IMG/VR virus record: IMGVR_UViG_3300044676_000856
Span: 1 to 35,005 of that record
Strand: one strand, 5' to 3'
Length of the DNA: 35,005 nt
From: a virus
Lineage: Duplodnaviria; Caudoviricetes
Part shown: in pieces, positions 16,099 to 25,056 of the stretch
Layout of the letters: each line of letters starts with the position of its first letter
Position numbering within the stretch: position 1 is the stretch's first letter
The notes under the pieces: generated by a model
Seen by the model: the letters and a program-made list of their open reading frames with translations, nothing else
Databases searched by the model: none
Told to the model about the DNA's origin: nothing
Program-made: the position numbers and the translations under genes

Positions 16099-16527
16099 TT
16101 ACGCCAACCGTATGATCGCGCCAGTAGCCGTTGGGCTAGGGAAGACGATGGTGAAATCGCCAGCGGTGCTGGTCTTGTCGCCACCGAAGTCGATTACCGC
16201 GCAAGCCTTGTCCGACTGGGTGTCATTGTAGATCATACAGCCCCTCGCCGTGATTGTTGCCGTACCAAAAGTTTTGTCGGCAAAATCACACAGGGCGACC
16301 GCCCCGCTAGTGGTTGGGGTGACCGATGTTATGGTTCCACCGCCCGACGTATAGTTTGTGCCACTAGCTTGGCCGGTTGTGGTAAAAGCCGTAGTCGCAG
16401 CGCCTAAAGTCGCGCTAGACGTATAAAGCGCAAGCTTAAATGCGTCGCCGGTAGAGGCTGTAAAGTTATGTGTACCTACTAGCAACTCTTGCTTAAAGCT
16501 GGTAGGAATCGCACTGGTGATTGCCAT
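16099..16527 (-). CDS. Small virion structural (tail) protein
   Basis: MAITSA...SFK.ELL...HNF.....FKLALY, YT.GG, DFG.DKTST.G.FTI.FP...AIIR; Thr/Ala-rich beta protein. Confidence 0.65.
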   Translation of the reverse strand: MAITSAIPTSFKQELLVGTHNFTASTGDAFKLALYTSSATLGAATTAFTTTGQASGTNYTSGGGTITSVTPTTSGAVALCDFADKTFGTATITARGCMIYNDTQSDKACAVIDFGGDKTSTAGDFTIVFPSPTATGAIIRLA

Positions 16528-16528
16528 G

Positions 16529-16813
16529 TCAAAGCTCCTTGATTATTTTCGCCATGTCTTCATGCCCTTGAGATGCTAATAAGCCTCTAATTGTTACACG
16601 ATCAGAAGCTACAGCGTTTTTCATACCCATCCATATTAAGGTATAAACTTGATCTCGGAAAGCCTCCGCCTGTAAACGAATGTGAGGCGCTGCCTCCTCC
16701 GAAATACCTAATATCTTTTTCGTTGTTTCTTTTGCCCAAAAATCCACGTCATGGCCGCGATTGTCGGTGGTAGAAACCATTACCTGCCCTAACTGAAAAT
16801 TTCCTTGCGACAT
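16529..16813 (-). CDS. Conserved phage hypothetical protein
   Basis: V.TT.NRGH, I..QAEAF, SDR.T motifs; tightly packed in operon. Confidence 0.65.
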   Translation of the reverse strand: MSQGNFQLGQVMVSTTDNRGHDVDFWAKETTKKILGISEEAAPHIRLQAEAFRDQVYTLIWMGMKNAVASDRVTIRGLLASQGHEDMAKIIKEL

Positions 16814-16817
16814 ATGA

Positions 16818-17540
16818 CTACCCCTTGTACGGCTCTGGTGATGACGGCAACTCCACCGTCTCTAGATTGTGCTTCTTGACCATCTGAGCCAACTCAGACC
16901 GATCACAGACAACCCACTCACCCTCTGGGTTTGGCATTGCCACCTTTGGATTAGCCAGTCGGTGGTAGCCATAAAGCCTCTCTTGGAGGGGCACGTTCTG
17001 GTCTAGCAACGACGACCTCGGGCTAACGCCAACCTTTATGCCAATGGCAATCATCTTACATATCCAGAACTCTAAACATGCCCGGCCAGCTTCAGCAAAG
17101 TGCAAGTTATTCTTATAGCTAAAATCCATCCCAAACAGGTCAACAGACCCAACCTTATTATACGCCGCGAAAGCCAGCGAGTAAGCAACTGTCGTATTCA
17201 TGTAAGCGCAACGCTGATCCTTAATAACTTCCTCTAAAGGATACTCAACCAACGCCGGCACACGGTCATCTAGCTCGCACGTATAGATCGGCTTTTCAAA
17301 CTTCGGTAGCATTTTTCGCATGACCTCGGTTTGGTTTCCCGCATCTTCGGTGTCAAGAAAACGGCTTACTGGGTCAAGCATGAAGACCCTGTCGCACTCA
17401 AAGACAGATAAGGCAGAGTTAATGACCCAGACCTCGTCCCACTCGACGCTATTTTCTTTTCCTATAACGTAATCGATCTGGCTTGCGCCTAAGCCTATAA
17501 TCGCTACCTTTTTACCTTCTAACTCTTTTATTGGTTCCAA
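16818..17540 (-). CDS. Glycosyltransferase-like protein (sialyltransferase/DUF115-type Rossmann fold)
   Basis: KKVAIIGLGAS, DEVWVIN, D.VF.LD, TTVAYSLAFA, V.LFGMDF motif order; TTG start. Confidence 0.55.
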   Translation of the reverse strand: MEPIKELEGKKVAIIGLGASQIDYVIGKENSVEWDEVWVINSALSVFECDRVFMLDPVSRFLDTEDAGNQTEVMRKMLPKFEKPIYTCELDDRVPALVEYPLEEVIKDQRCAYMNTTVAYSLAFAAYNKVGSVDLFGMDFSYKNNLHFAEAGRACLEFWICKMIAIGIKVGVSPRSSLLDQNVPLQERLYGYHRLANPKVAMPNPEGEWVVCDRSELAQMVKKHNLETVELPSSPEPYKG

Positions 17541-18191
17541 TTAGGTCACCCCTGTCCGTAATAAGTCATACCTGTACTCGTCGCGGGTTCCACGGCCTTC
17601 GCTAAGATTCTTCATCCTAGATATGCCTTCCTTGAAACGAGCCTCGAAGTTGGCTATTACGTCAGGAGCTTCCTTGAGAAACACAGCAGCCTCAACCAAG
17701 GTGCCGTACAGCAATGGATCAGGGTGATCCGTAGACAGAAGCGTCGTACCTGAGTCGCTTCCAGCCGTCAAAGACGCTGGCTTGTACAGGTAGTGCAGCT
17801 CTGCCGTGTAACCAGAATCTGGAATCGGCGACAGCTCAAAGGCTGCTTCATCAAACAATGAGTAATACTTTGGCCGACCAGTTGTTGTTGTGATCGGGCT
17901 GTATTCCTTGATGAATGATGGGTGCTTGAAGTCCAGATAATGGTACTTGTTGTTGCTATCAATGACCGCTAATGAGAACGGTGCGTAGTAATCGCTTGGG
18001 GTTGCCAAGAACCGATTGCTCGCAGTCAACGTACCCTGCACGTTTTTTCTTTGCTCTGGAAGCTGAACCATCTTGAAGATTCGGCTCTCAGACTCCTGAA
18101 TAAACGTGTTCAGGTTGTTGTTGAACGTAGTTTCATTAACCTGCAAGTAATCCTGCACGGTCGATTTAAGCGTTGCTAAAGTGAAGCTCAT
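17541..18191 (-). CDS. Head-tail adaptor-like virion protein
   Basis: L...VQDY, FI..SE.RI, P.DY, G.PKYY, L.P.PD..Y..EL.Y, LLYG.L.EA..F. Confidence 0.7.
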   Translation of the reverse strand: MSFTLATLKSTVQDYLQVNETTFNNNLNTFIQESESRIFKMVQLPEQRKNVQGTLTASNRFLATPSDYYAPFSLAVIDSNNKYHYLDFKHPSFIKEYSPITTTTGRPKYYSLFDEAAFELSPIPDSGYTAELHYLYKPASLTAGSDSGTTLLSTDHPDPLLYGTLVEAAVFLKEAPDVIANFEARFKEGISRMKNLSEGRGTRDEYRYDLLRTGVT

Positions 18192-18511
18192 GACGTAATT
18201 ACCTCCACAGTACCAACACTACAGGTTATCCCAAAAGTTTGCAAAGTTGTGCCCAAAATTCCATCTCCCACGTTGGTGTAGACGGTAAAAAAATTGTTAT
18301 CGTTCCCATCAGCAGCTTGGTCTGGCCTTGTGATCTGCAATGCCTGCGGGTCAAAGGGCGCAGGCTTGGGCATAAGCTGCGGGTGTTTTGGTGACCATTG
18401 GTCTGGCCCAACCAAAAGGCCATCCCAAGTCATCTTCATATCCTTCAGGCGATAGCGAAAACCCGTGATATCACAGATTCCCCAAGCTTTCTTGTTGGAT
18501 GCGTAAGCCAT
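18188..18511 (-). CDS. Conserved phage hypothetical protein
   Basis: A.GICD.TGFRY....M...W.GL.V....W.PKHPQL...DPQAL...RP. Confidence 0.65.
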   Translation of the reverse strand: MAYASNKKAWGICDITGFRYRLKDMKMTWDGLLVGPDQWSPKHPQLMPKPAPFDPQALQITRPDQAADGNDNNFFTVYTNVGDGILGTTLQTFGITCSVGTVEVITS

Positions 18512-19206
18512 TAGGCTATGTTATACCCGCGAAGATCAGGGGCTATCCTGAACGACGCCCGGTCTTCGTCTTGACTCAAGGCTCGTTGAAACTCTTCTTC
18601 GTACAACGCTTTGAGCATTTGCACCTTGTCCGGCGCTCGCTTCATGGCCAAGTAGTAAGCCAAACCTGCGGCTAGGCATGGATAAAACCGAAAAGGTATT
18701 TGCAATGTATTGGCCCCAGCATCGGCGTCATCCATTCGGCTTAATACGTTTAGGTAAATGTCGTACTTGGCGCTCTGATCTGGGGCAGGCCAAACCGTTA
18801 CGGTTGGGCTAATCTGCTTGTCTACAAAGTATTGATTAGGCTTTCCGGTGCTAGACTTAACCGACATATTGGCGTATTCAGACCGAGACATGCGGGTCAT
18901 CGGCACGTCTGTAGATACGCCTCCGATCGTCTCCCGAATGAACACGTCAAGTACATCGATAGTCGCGGTTGGAGTGACTGCATCAATGGTGTAGGAGGTA
19001 GTGTCTTTGACCATGGCCAAAGTTTTTTGATTGATCGTCCACTGATTCAAACCCCTATTTGCCCACTCAGCAAGCATTAGGTTCAGGGATCTGTTAGCAG
19101 TTTTCAGGTCGTAACCTGTGCGTAACTCCAAGCCGCAACGCTCAAAGGCCTCTTCAACGTAATCTGCTACGTCTAATTCAAAATCTTTACTTCCGCTTAC
19201 CGCCAT
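18511..19206 (-). CDS. Head-to-tail connector / tail tubular protein A-like
   Basis: Start moved to ATG 19206 (MAVSGS); EEAFERCG....GYDLKTA.RSLNL...EW.NRGLN.W, G.P.QY, WP.P, P.RF.PCL..GLAYYL..K. Confidence 0.7.
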   Translation of the reverse strand: MAVSGSKDFELDVADYVEEAFERCGLELRTGYDLKTANRSLNLMLAEWANRGLNQWTINQKTLAMVKDTTSYTIDAVTPTATIDVLDVFIRETIGGVSTDVPMTRMSRSEYANMSVKSSTGKPNQYFVDKQISPTVTVWPAPDQSAKYDIYLNVLSRMDDADAGANTLQIPFRFYPCLAAGLAYYLAMKRAPDKVQMLKALYEEEFQRALSQDEDRASFRIAPDLRGYNIA

Positions 19207-19885
19207 CTTCGTCACCCGCGTATAGGTTGTTAAAAACCTGATTTACGTCAAGAGTATAGTCTAAATCACTTTTCGAGTAGTGAATATGCTGGCTTGGTTT
19301 AAAGTCTGGGGCACCATCCCCTGTCTCAAACCAAGCAGGGTGTGTTACCCGTACTCTGTTGTTAGGTAAAGCAACAATGTTGCCCGTCCACTCTCCAGCA
19401 TCAAGCAGCTCTAAAATGTGGCTTTGCTTGTGTTGAGCTGGGTCATCCGCTATCTCATTTTCTGCATAATCCACTGTGAGATAATACTTCGCTGGATAAA
19501 ACTCACCATCAATCTTGGCAAGCCAAGGGCAAGGTGTGCAACGGTCAAGGACGTAAGTAGCGTGATTATAAGAACTGCAATCCCAAGGTTGAGCAGCCCA
19601 GACAGGCATTGCCTCAGGCCAATCGTCAAGTGGCGTGTCAGCAACCAAGGCCGTGATAGGCATTCTTGCCCACATGGCTCCACCATGTGCGTTTTGCTCA
19701 TCGTCATCGTCGTATGTCTCTGCGCCGGTAAAAATCACCTGAAATGACAAGCACCGAGTCGGCATGGTGGTTACAGCAATGGCCATCGCATGGATGAACT
19801 CCCCATGATACTTCTCATGGTTGTGCGTGTACTCCTTCCGAACCCAGCACTTGAAGTGAGGGATGTTGCTCTGAAGGTACGCCAC
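19187..19885 (-). CDS. Conserved phage hypothetical protein
   Basis: 232 aa; YLQSNIP.FKCWVR.EY, GGAMWARMPITAL, QPWDC.S, QHKQSH, PNNRVR. Confidence 0.75.
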   Translation of the reverse strand: MAYLQSNIPHFKCWVRKEYTHNHEKYHGEFIHAMAIAVTTMPTRCLSFQVIFTGAETYDDDDEQNAHGGAMWARMPITALVADTPLDDWPEAMPVWAAQPWDCSSYNHATYVLDRCTPCPWLAKIDGEFYPAKYYLTVDYAENEIADDPAQHKQSHILELLDAGEWTGNIVALPNNRVRVTHPAWFETGDGAPDFKPSQHIHYSKSDLDYTLDVNQVFNNLYAGDEDGGKRK

Positions 19886-20319
19886 TATCTACGACCAAAT
19901 AATCCCGTCTTTTTGGCGGATGGTTTCTTGATTCCGCCTTTTGCTGCGCCCTTGGTCTTCATCGCGGCACCGCCTTTAGCGTAACCTTTAGTTTTCATGG
20001 CTGCACCGCCCATGTTCATGCGGCGAGGGCCAGTACCTCTTACGCCAGCTTGTCTCCTGCCTCTTTTTACGCCTTTCGCTGCGGACATATTGGCCTCTTT
20101 GGCCGCGTTCAAGTCGCCGTACATGCCGGTTAATCGCTGCACTTCAGCAGGATTTTGCCCGGTTTCCTTGGCGTATGATTGAGCTTGACGTAACAAATTC
20201 TCTTGAGCAGAACTTAACTTAGGCGACTTTTTGCCCGGACGAACAATTTCATTTCCCGGCTTTTTCATACCCATTGGAGCGCCGCCACGACTGTACCCTT
20301 TTGCCTTCATCTTTTTCAT
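19885..20319 (-). CDS. Basic Lys/Gly/Met-rich low-complexity protein (possible internal head protein)
   Basis: Repeats of KGYxxGG / MKTKGxAKGG; ends GLFGRR. Confidence 0.65.
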   Translation of the reverse strand: MKKMKAKGYSRGGAPMGMKKPGNEIVRPGKKSPKLSSAQENLLRQAQSYAKETGQNPAEVQRLTGMYGDLNAAKEANMSAAKGVKRGRRQAGVRGTGPRRMNMGGAAMKTKGYAKGGAAMKTKGAAKGGIKKPSAKKTGLFGRR

Positions 20320-20630
20320 TATTGCCTCCCAAATAAACCGGAATTACCGGGTTTTTTCCTGATAGATCCGCCATGAGCGGCGAATGTTTTCACCATTGTA
20401 GGCTTTCCGCCCACACCTTGTCTCTTAGATCTTTTTCGCGCTACCGCACTTTTTTTCTGACCTTCCGTCATGCTTGCGGCTTTTGCCGCCGGTACGCACT
20501 TTGGGTAAGCTCGGCCATTTTTTTTTGATGCGTTTTTTCGGCCACACGATTGATACTTGCCATCCTTCTTTGGGGCACCGATATCTACCCAATCTTCGCT
20601 AAACCATTTCTTTAGCCCAGTTCTAGCCAC
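20319..20630 (-). CDS. Small basic conserved phage protein
   Basis: GLKKWF.E.WVD, CGR, YPKCVP..KA..M, ends GLFGRQ. Confidence 0.7.
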   Translation of the reverse strand: MARTGLKKWFSEDWVDIGAPKKDGKYQSCGRKNASKKNGRAYPKCVPAAKAASMTEGQKKSAVARKRSKRQGVGGKPTMVKTFAAHGGSIRKKPGNSGLFGRQ

Positions 20631-20877
20631 GGGGCACTTTTACCATTTTACGCTTAGATTCCATAACCGCACCACAGCCTTTTGGCTTCATGAAAACCGC
20701 GCCACCCTTGTTCATTTTCTTAGGAGTCTTGTAAGTGCCGCCCATCTTCTTGTATTGCTTCACCATGTACGCATTTGCGTATGCTGACGGATAAACGTCA
20801 AACTTTGCCTTTGCCTTGGCCTTTGCCTTGGCGTAAAGGCTCGGGTTAGCTACATTTTTAGGGGCAGAAGATTTCAC
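20623..20877 (-). CDS. Small basic conserved phage protein
   Basis: NP.LY...K..AK.KF.VYPSAYAN...V..YK..GG.Y; GTG start. Confidence 0.7.
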   Translation of the reverse strand: MKSSAPKNVANPSLYAKAKAKAKAKFDVYPSAYANAYMVKQYKKMGGTYKTPKKMNKGGAVFMKPKGCGAVMESKRKMVKVPRG

Positions 20878-20879
20878 AG

Positions 20880-22892
20880 CTACCGCCTCCTTCTAGAACC
20901 TGCGTATGAAAACTTAGGAGCCGCTTGCAGTGCTGGGGCTTGCGTAACTTGAAATGGCCCTGAAAAGCTCCCGTCCGGAGGTATCTCTCCTGCAAGAAAT
21001 CCTGACCCGGTATTGCCCATTGAGCCAACTGGAGCATTGCCGTAAAAGTCAGCGGATGCCGACCCACCTTGTCCGTAAATGCTTTGATTGCCTCCGCCCA
21101 TTGAGCCTCCGCCAGCAGGGTTTAAAGTTTGCTGATTATAAAAGTCAAGATAGCCAGAATTATCTACAATGCCTTGATTACCTACGCCGCCAGAGCCTCC
21201 GCCAGCAGGGTTGAAACCAGCCGCCTCTGAAGCTGAAGGGCCAACGTCGATATATCCGGTTGGAATGTTGCCGCCCATAAAGTTTTCATAGGGCGTTCCG
21301 CTAAACCCGGGGCTGGGTTCAACAACAACGTCGCCAACATCTACATCTGTGCCGGTGCCACCCGTGCCGCCGCCAGCGGGAGGTGCTTGATTGGCCATCT
21401 GAGCCATGATGTCTTCGGTAATTTGTTTGCGTAAGGCCTCGGTGTCAACCTCCCCGGGTATTTGGCCGCGAAGCGCCTCAATCTGCTGCTGTACAGGGTC
21501 TAGGGCGGAAGTGATGTCCGTCTGCCTTTGGCTTGCAATCGACTCAGACAAGCCAGACAGGTCGTCTTGGGTCAAACCAGCAGCCTGCAACGCCTCTATC
21601 CTTGCGGCGAGGTCAGTTCTTTCTGTGCCAGCAGTGTCAATTGCCTGCTGAAAAGCAACCGTCTGGTCGTTGACTGTGGCAAGCTCTGCCTGAATCTGGT
21701 CGATCGGCAGAGCACCAAGGTTTTCTTGAATGCCACCTATCCTGCTTTCTAAGCCAGAAATTAATTCAGAAACCTCTCCACGCAACAATTCAGATTGATC
21801 CACATTCCCGGTTTCTACATCGCTGTAAAGAGATTCTAACTGTGCGTTTAGGTCGTCAATCTCGGTTTGTGCCGCTAGAGCAGATTCCTGCGAGGCTTGG
21901 TTAAGACTTAAAATTTCGGAGTCAATACGCTCATTAATGGCCGCGAGATCAGAGCTTACACCCTCGATTCTTGTAGAAAGATCTGCGGTTCCAGAAGCCT
22001 GCTGCCCTGAAAGCTCATCAATTTGCTGAGCAAGCGCAGTATTATCGGTTGAGAGGGCTGCTATCTGCTGTTGCAGTTCAGGTATTGGGAGTTCGCTTAA
22101 CTGGCCTGTAACGCCGCTAATTTTGCCTTCTAGGCCTGCAAGCAAGCTTCCGGTCTCTGCTCTTAAAGCTTCTGACTGAGCTAAATTTTCTTCGTTAATT
22201 GACTGCTCTATAGTCTTGAGCTGGTCGTTAAGGGATGTAATTTCATCTTGAGCGAGCTGAGCCGAGGCCTGCTGGTCTTGGTCGAGCTGCAAATACTTTT
22301 CATCGATCGTTTGGTTAACCTGAGTAAGATCTTCGCTGAGAACACCTATTCTCTCTTTTAAATCGCCAACCAAAGAACCTTGCCGGTCTTCCAAGTCGCC
22401 AATGGCCTGAACCTGCGCCTCTCTAACCAGCTTGTCGCCTTCTTCAATCTGGCGAGCAAGCGCAGCCCTCTCGTCGAGTCCAGCTTGGCGAAGATCTATG
22501 GTTTCTGCGTCAACGCCACGACGCATATCCTCTATCTGCGCCTCAAGAGACTTGGAAAGCTCAGACCTCTCGCCCAGAGCCGCCTGCTCTGACGTGGCAA
22601 GGTCTTCTCTCAACAGGTCTCTTAGGCTGTCAATTTCCGTCTGACGAGCCGCCGCAGATGCCTCTTGAGCATCTCTCTGCTCCGCCATTATCTTCTCGTA
22701 CTGATTGGCCAAAAGCTGGTCAGTATCTGGAGTAATAGCGTCAAGCGTTCTCATCGTTGGAGCCGCTGGCGCAGCCCTAGCGCCCCTATCGTAAGCTGGG
22801 CGCTGCATCAAATAATCGCTTAGACTGGCATAAGGGGATGCTGAGCTACCGTACTCGTCCTGAGCTGCCTGTAAATCGCTGGATATAGCCAT
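20880..22892 (-). CDS. Acidic coiled-coil protein with internal duplication and Gly-rich tail
   Basis: 670 aa; heptad pattern over about 450 aa; two similar blocks 127 aa apart. Confidence 0.75.
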   Translation of the reverse strand: MAISSDLQAAQDEYGSSASPYASLSDYLMQRPAYDRGARAAPAAPTMRTLDAITPDTDQLLANQYEKIMAEQRDAQEASAAARQTEIDSLRDLLREDLATSEQAALGERSELSKSLEAQIEDMRRGVDAETIDLRQAGLDERAALARQIEEGDKLVREAQVQAIGDLEDRQGSLVGDLKERIGVLSEDLTQVNQTIDEKYLQLDQDQQASAQLAQDEITSLNDQLKTIEQSINEENLAQSEALRAETGSLLAGLEGKISGVTGQLSELPIPELQQQIAALSTDNTALAQQIDELSGQQASGTADLSTRIEGVSSDLAAINERIDSEILSLNQASQESALAAQTEIDDLNAQLESLYSDVETGNVDQSELLRGEVSELISGLESRIGGIQENLGALPIDQIQAELATVNDQTVAFQQAIDTAGTERTDLAARIEALQAAGLTQDDLSGLSESIASQRQTDITSALDPVQQQIEALRGQIPGEVDTEALRKQITEDIMAQMANQAPPAGGGTGGTGTDVDVGDVVVEPSPGFSGTPYENFMGGNIPTGYIDVGPSASEAAGFNPAGGGSGGVGNQGIVDNSGYLDFYNQQTLNPAGGGSMGGGNQSIYGQGGSASADFYGNAPVGSMGNTGSGFLAGEIPPDGSFSGPFQVTQAPALQAAPKFSYAGSRRRR
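21103..21212. repeat. Exact 20-bp direct repeat (NPAGGGS peptide)
   Basis: GAGCCTCCGCCAGCAGGGTT at 21103-21122 and 21193-21212. Confidence 0.85.
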
Positions 22893-23812
22893 TAGATGCC
22901 AATGCCCCTTATTCTCATGTTTTGCATGATCTGCCTGCGTATTGCTTCCATATCCGGCGCATCCATCTCTCGCCGGTTTCTTTCTGCAAAGTATTGCTCA
23001 GGAGGCGGCGCAAGCATATTTTGCAGAGGAGCTTGCATGCGCGGCTCATCTCGTTCCGACTGAACTCTACGCATGAGATCTCTGAACATGCCTCCACGGG
23101 GCATAGGTCTATCTTCCCGACCTCGCATCTGCTCGGTAAGCTGTGCAATCCGTCCCGCTAAACCGCCCCTTTGTCGATAAGAATCTTTGATCCTGCGACT
23201 CGGAACCTTTCTGCCTTTGCCGCCGCCCTTTTCGTCTCTGTCATCGATACGGTTTCCATTTCGGTCTTGAAAATCGTTAGTCCGCATCATTGGAGGAAGC
23301 TGGCCTTCGTCCCCAAAAATATCATCTAGGATAGAAGGTCTTGGAGGTCTCCGGCCTTCGCTTCCGAAAGGATTCTCGAAAATAGGAGGTCTTGGCGGCT
23401 TTGGTGGTGCCGTCTTTATGTAATCAGGAAAGTCACCGCGCTGTGGCTTTGGGGTGCGATCTAGAATTGGGAAATCAACTATCAAATCGTCGTTCCCACT
23501 CGGAACCGGCACAGTATCTGGGTACTGCCCGGGGCTTCTTTGTCCGCCTTGCAGCCTTTGTAGCATTTCTGCCAAACCCTCGATACCGCCAGAGCTGCCG
23601 GGAATTTGTGGCATTTGCTGTTGCTGTGGAGCGACTCCGCCAGCCGCTTGATCTTGCATGGCAAAGAGTTTCGCCTTGAGCATCTCATACTGAGGGGTGC
23701 CCTCTTGCATCTGGTTCAGTTGCGAATTCATGTACTGAATTTGCGGATAAAGGGGGCTGGCTTTTATTCTTTCCTGCCGCTCGTAAAACTCTTTGGGTGC
23801 TGCAAAGCTCAT
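22892..23812 (-). CDS. Pro/Gln/Arg/Met-rich, probably disordered protein
   Basis: 306 aa ORF coupled to neighbours; low complexity; DxNxNxxDDRD calcium-binding-like loop (DRNGNRIDDRD). Confidence 0.65.
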   Translation of the reverse strand: MSFAAPKEFYERQERIKASPLYPQIQYMNSQLNQMQEGTPQYEMLKAKLFAMQDQAAGGVAPQQQQMPQIPGSSGGIEGLAEMLQRLQGGQRSPGQYPDTVPVPSGNDDLIVDFPILDRTPKPQRGDFPDYIKTAPPKPPRPPIFENPFGSEGRRPPRPSILDDIFGDEGQLPPMMRTNDFQDRNGNRIDDRDEKGGGKGRKVPSRRIKDSYRQRGGLAGRIAQLTEQMRGREDRPMPRGGMFRDLMRRVQSERDEPRMQAPLQNMLAPPPEQYFAERNRREMDAPDMEAIRRQIMQNMRIRGIGI

Positions 23813-23818
23813 ATTAGG

Positions 23819-24112
23819 TCACCAATTTTTACACGACCAGTAAGAGGCCGCGAAAACGTCTTTTTTCTTCTGAACCGAGTCGCAATTGTGCCTCGCACGA
23901 AAATTGCGCCTACGCTCAGGGTTATCTCGCTTGATTTCCATGTTACTGTCGCCGTAGCGAACCACCTTAACTTGATCACCCTTCTTGGCTAGAACCTTAA
24001 ACTTCTTGCTCTCGCCGGAGGTGCGAACCTGCTTGTTATAGCCGGGGAACGTCTGGCCGCGATACCGCAGCCGTCCGCTCTTTAACCGCTCTACGTCAGA
24101 GGTGGTAGCCAT
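23819..24112 (-). CDS. Small basic conserved phage protein
   Basis: KKFKV.......VKVVRYGD..M.IK...P.RR.NFRARH.C......A.YWSC..W; TGATG coupling. Confidence 0.7.
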   Translation of the reverse strand: MATTSDVERLKSGRLRYRGQTFPGYNKQVRTSGESKKFKVLAKKGDQVKVVRYGDSNMEIKRDNPERRRNFRARHNCDSVQKKKDVFAASYWSCKNW

Positions 24113-24516
24113 CAAGCATACTCTTTTATGACTTCTAAAATGACGGTGTAAGTGTCCGCACTGCTTGCGCCGATTGTCGTGAACAGAATGTCCCCGGTCA
24201 CACCGCTGCCGGCATTATTAGGAATGCCGGTGAAGTCAGAGTAATCGTGGAAACCATTGCTGTCTGGTGACAAGCCGATGATTAGGGTATTTACTGTTGC
24301 ATCGCACAATAGCTCAACCCCCATCCCAACACACTGCCACCATATCTTACACACGGTAACTTTAGTGCAAGCTTTACCGGCAGAGTTAGCCGTCAAGGCT
24401 GAGACATCAACCTTGACTACATTCGCTTCTCCGGTTCCGTCACTAATGTTAGTGAATTTAAGGACAGCCTTACGCTCTCCATCCTGAATGGTTTGACTTG
24501 TTACTGCATCTGCCAT
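24112..24516 (-). CDS. Virion structural protein
   Basis: MADAVTSQTI.DG.R.AV.KFTN.SDGTGE..V.KVDVS.L, NNAGSG.TGDI.FTT; AGGAG RBS. Confidence 0.65.
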   Translation of the reverse strand: MADAVTSQTIQDGERKAVLKFTNISDGTGEANVVKVDVSALTANSAGKACTKVTVCKIWWQCVGMGVELLCDATVNTLIIGLSPDSNGFHDYSDFTGIPNNAGSGVTGDILFTTIGASSADTYTVILEVIKEYA

Positions 24517-24538
24517 TGCCTATCTCCTATTCTGTGGA

Positions 24539-25048
24539 TTAAGCGTCAGCGAAGGGCGTAACAATCGTTCCTGAACCAAGCAGTAAGGTGTTATGTACAA
24601 GGTAGCTGGCTGTATCAATTGCTGTTACCTGAATGACGCTACCGACCAAACCGCCTTTGGTTGATCCGTTCAAAGTCATCACGTCGTTCGCGGCAGCGGG
24701 GAAGAAAGCTTTCATTGCGCCGTCATCGACAGCAACCATCGCTGCACCTTTGAACTTGTCAGTGCCATCGGTAAGGATGTCCAAGTCAGTGGCTGCGGTT
24801 TCAATGTAGAAAAAGAAAGACGCGCCAATGTTGTTGCCTTGGTTTGGAGACGTTGGGTCAGCGGGAGTGCTGGAGTCGATAGATGGCAAGGTGAACTTAC
24901 CGTCTGCGTCGTTGAGCAAAATAATCTTGCCAGCGTGAGCCGCCACGGTAAGCGTGGTGTCTGCTGATAAGCTGATGCTGCTGTTTACGCCTGCGGTGAT
25001 GAAGCCACCAAGCGAGCGTACTGGGCCGGAGAATGTTGTTTGTGACAT
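24539..25048 (-). CDS. Virion structural protein (possible head decoration)
   Basis: M..TTFSGPVRS..GF N-terminus, LT...HAG, TLP, LNG.T.GG..G, GSG...TPF; GAGG RBS. Confidence 0.65.
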   Translation of the reverse strand: MSQTTFSGPVRSLGGFITAGVNSSISLSADTTLTVAAHAGKIILLNDADGKFTLPSIDSSTPADPTSPNQGNNIGASFFFYIETAATDLDILTDGTDKFKGAAMVAVDDGAMKAFFPAAANDVMTLNGSTKGGLVGSVIQVTAIDTASYLVHNTLLLGSGTIVTPFADA

Positions 25049-25056
25049 TAGTATAA

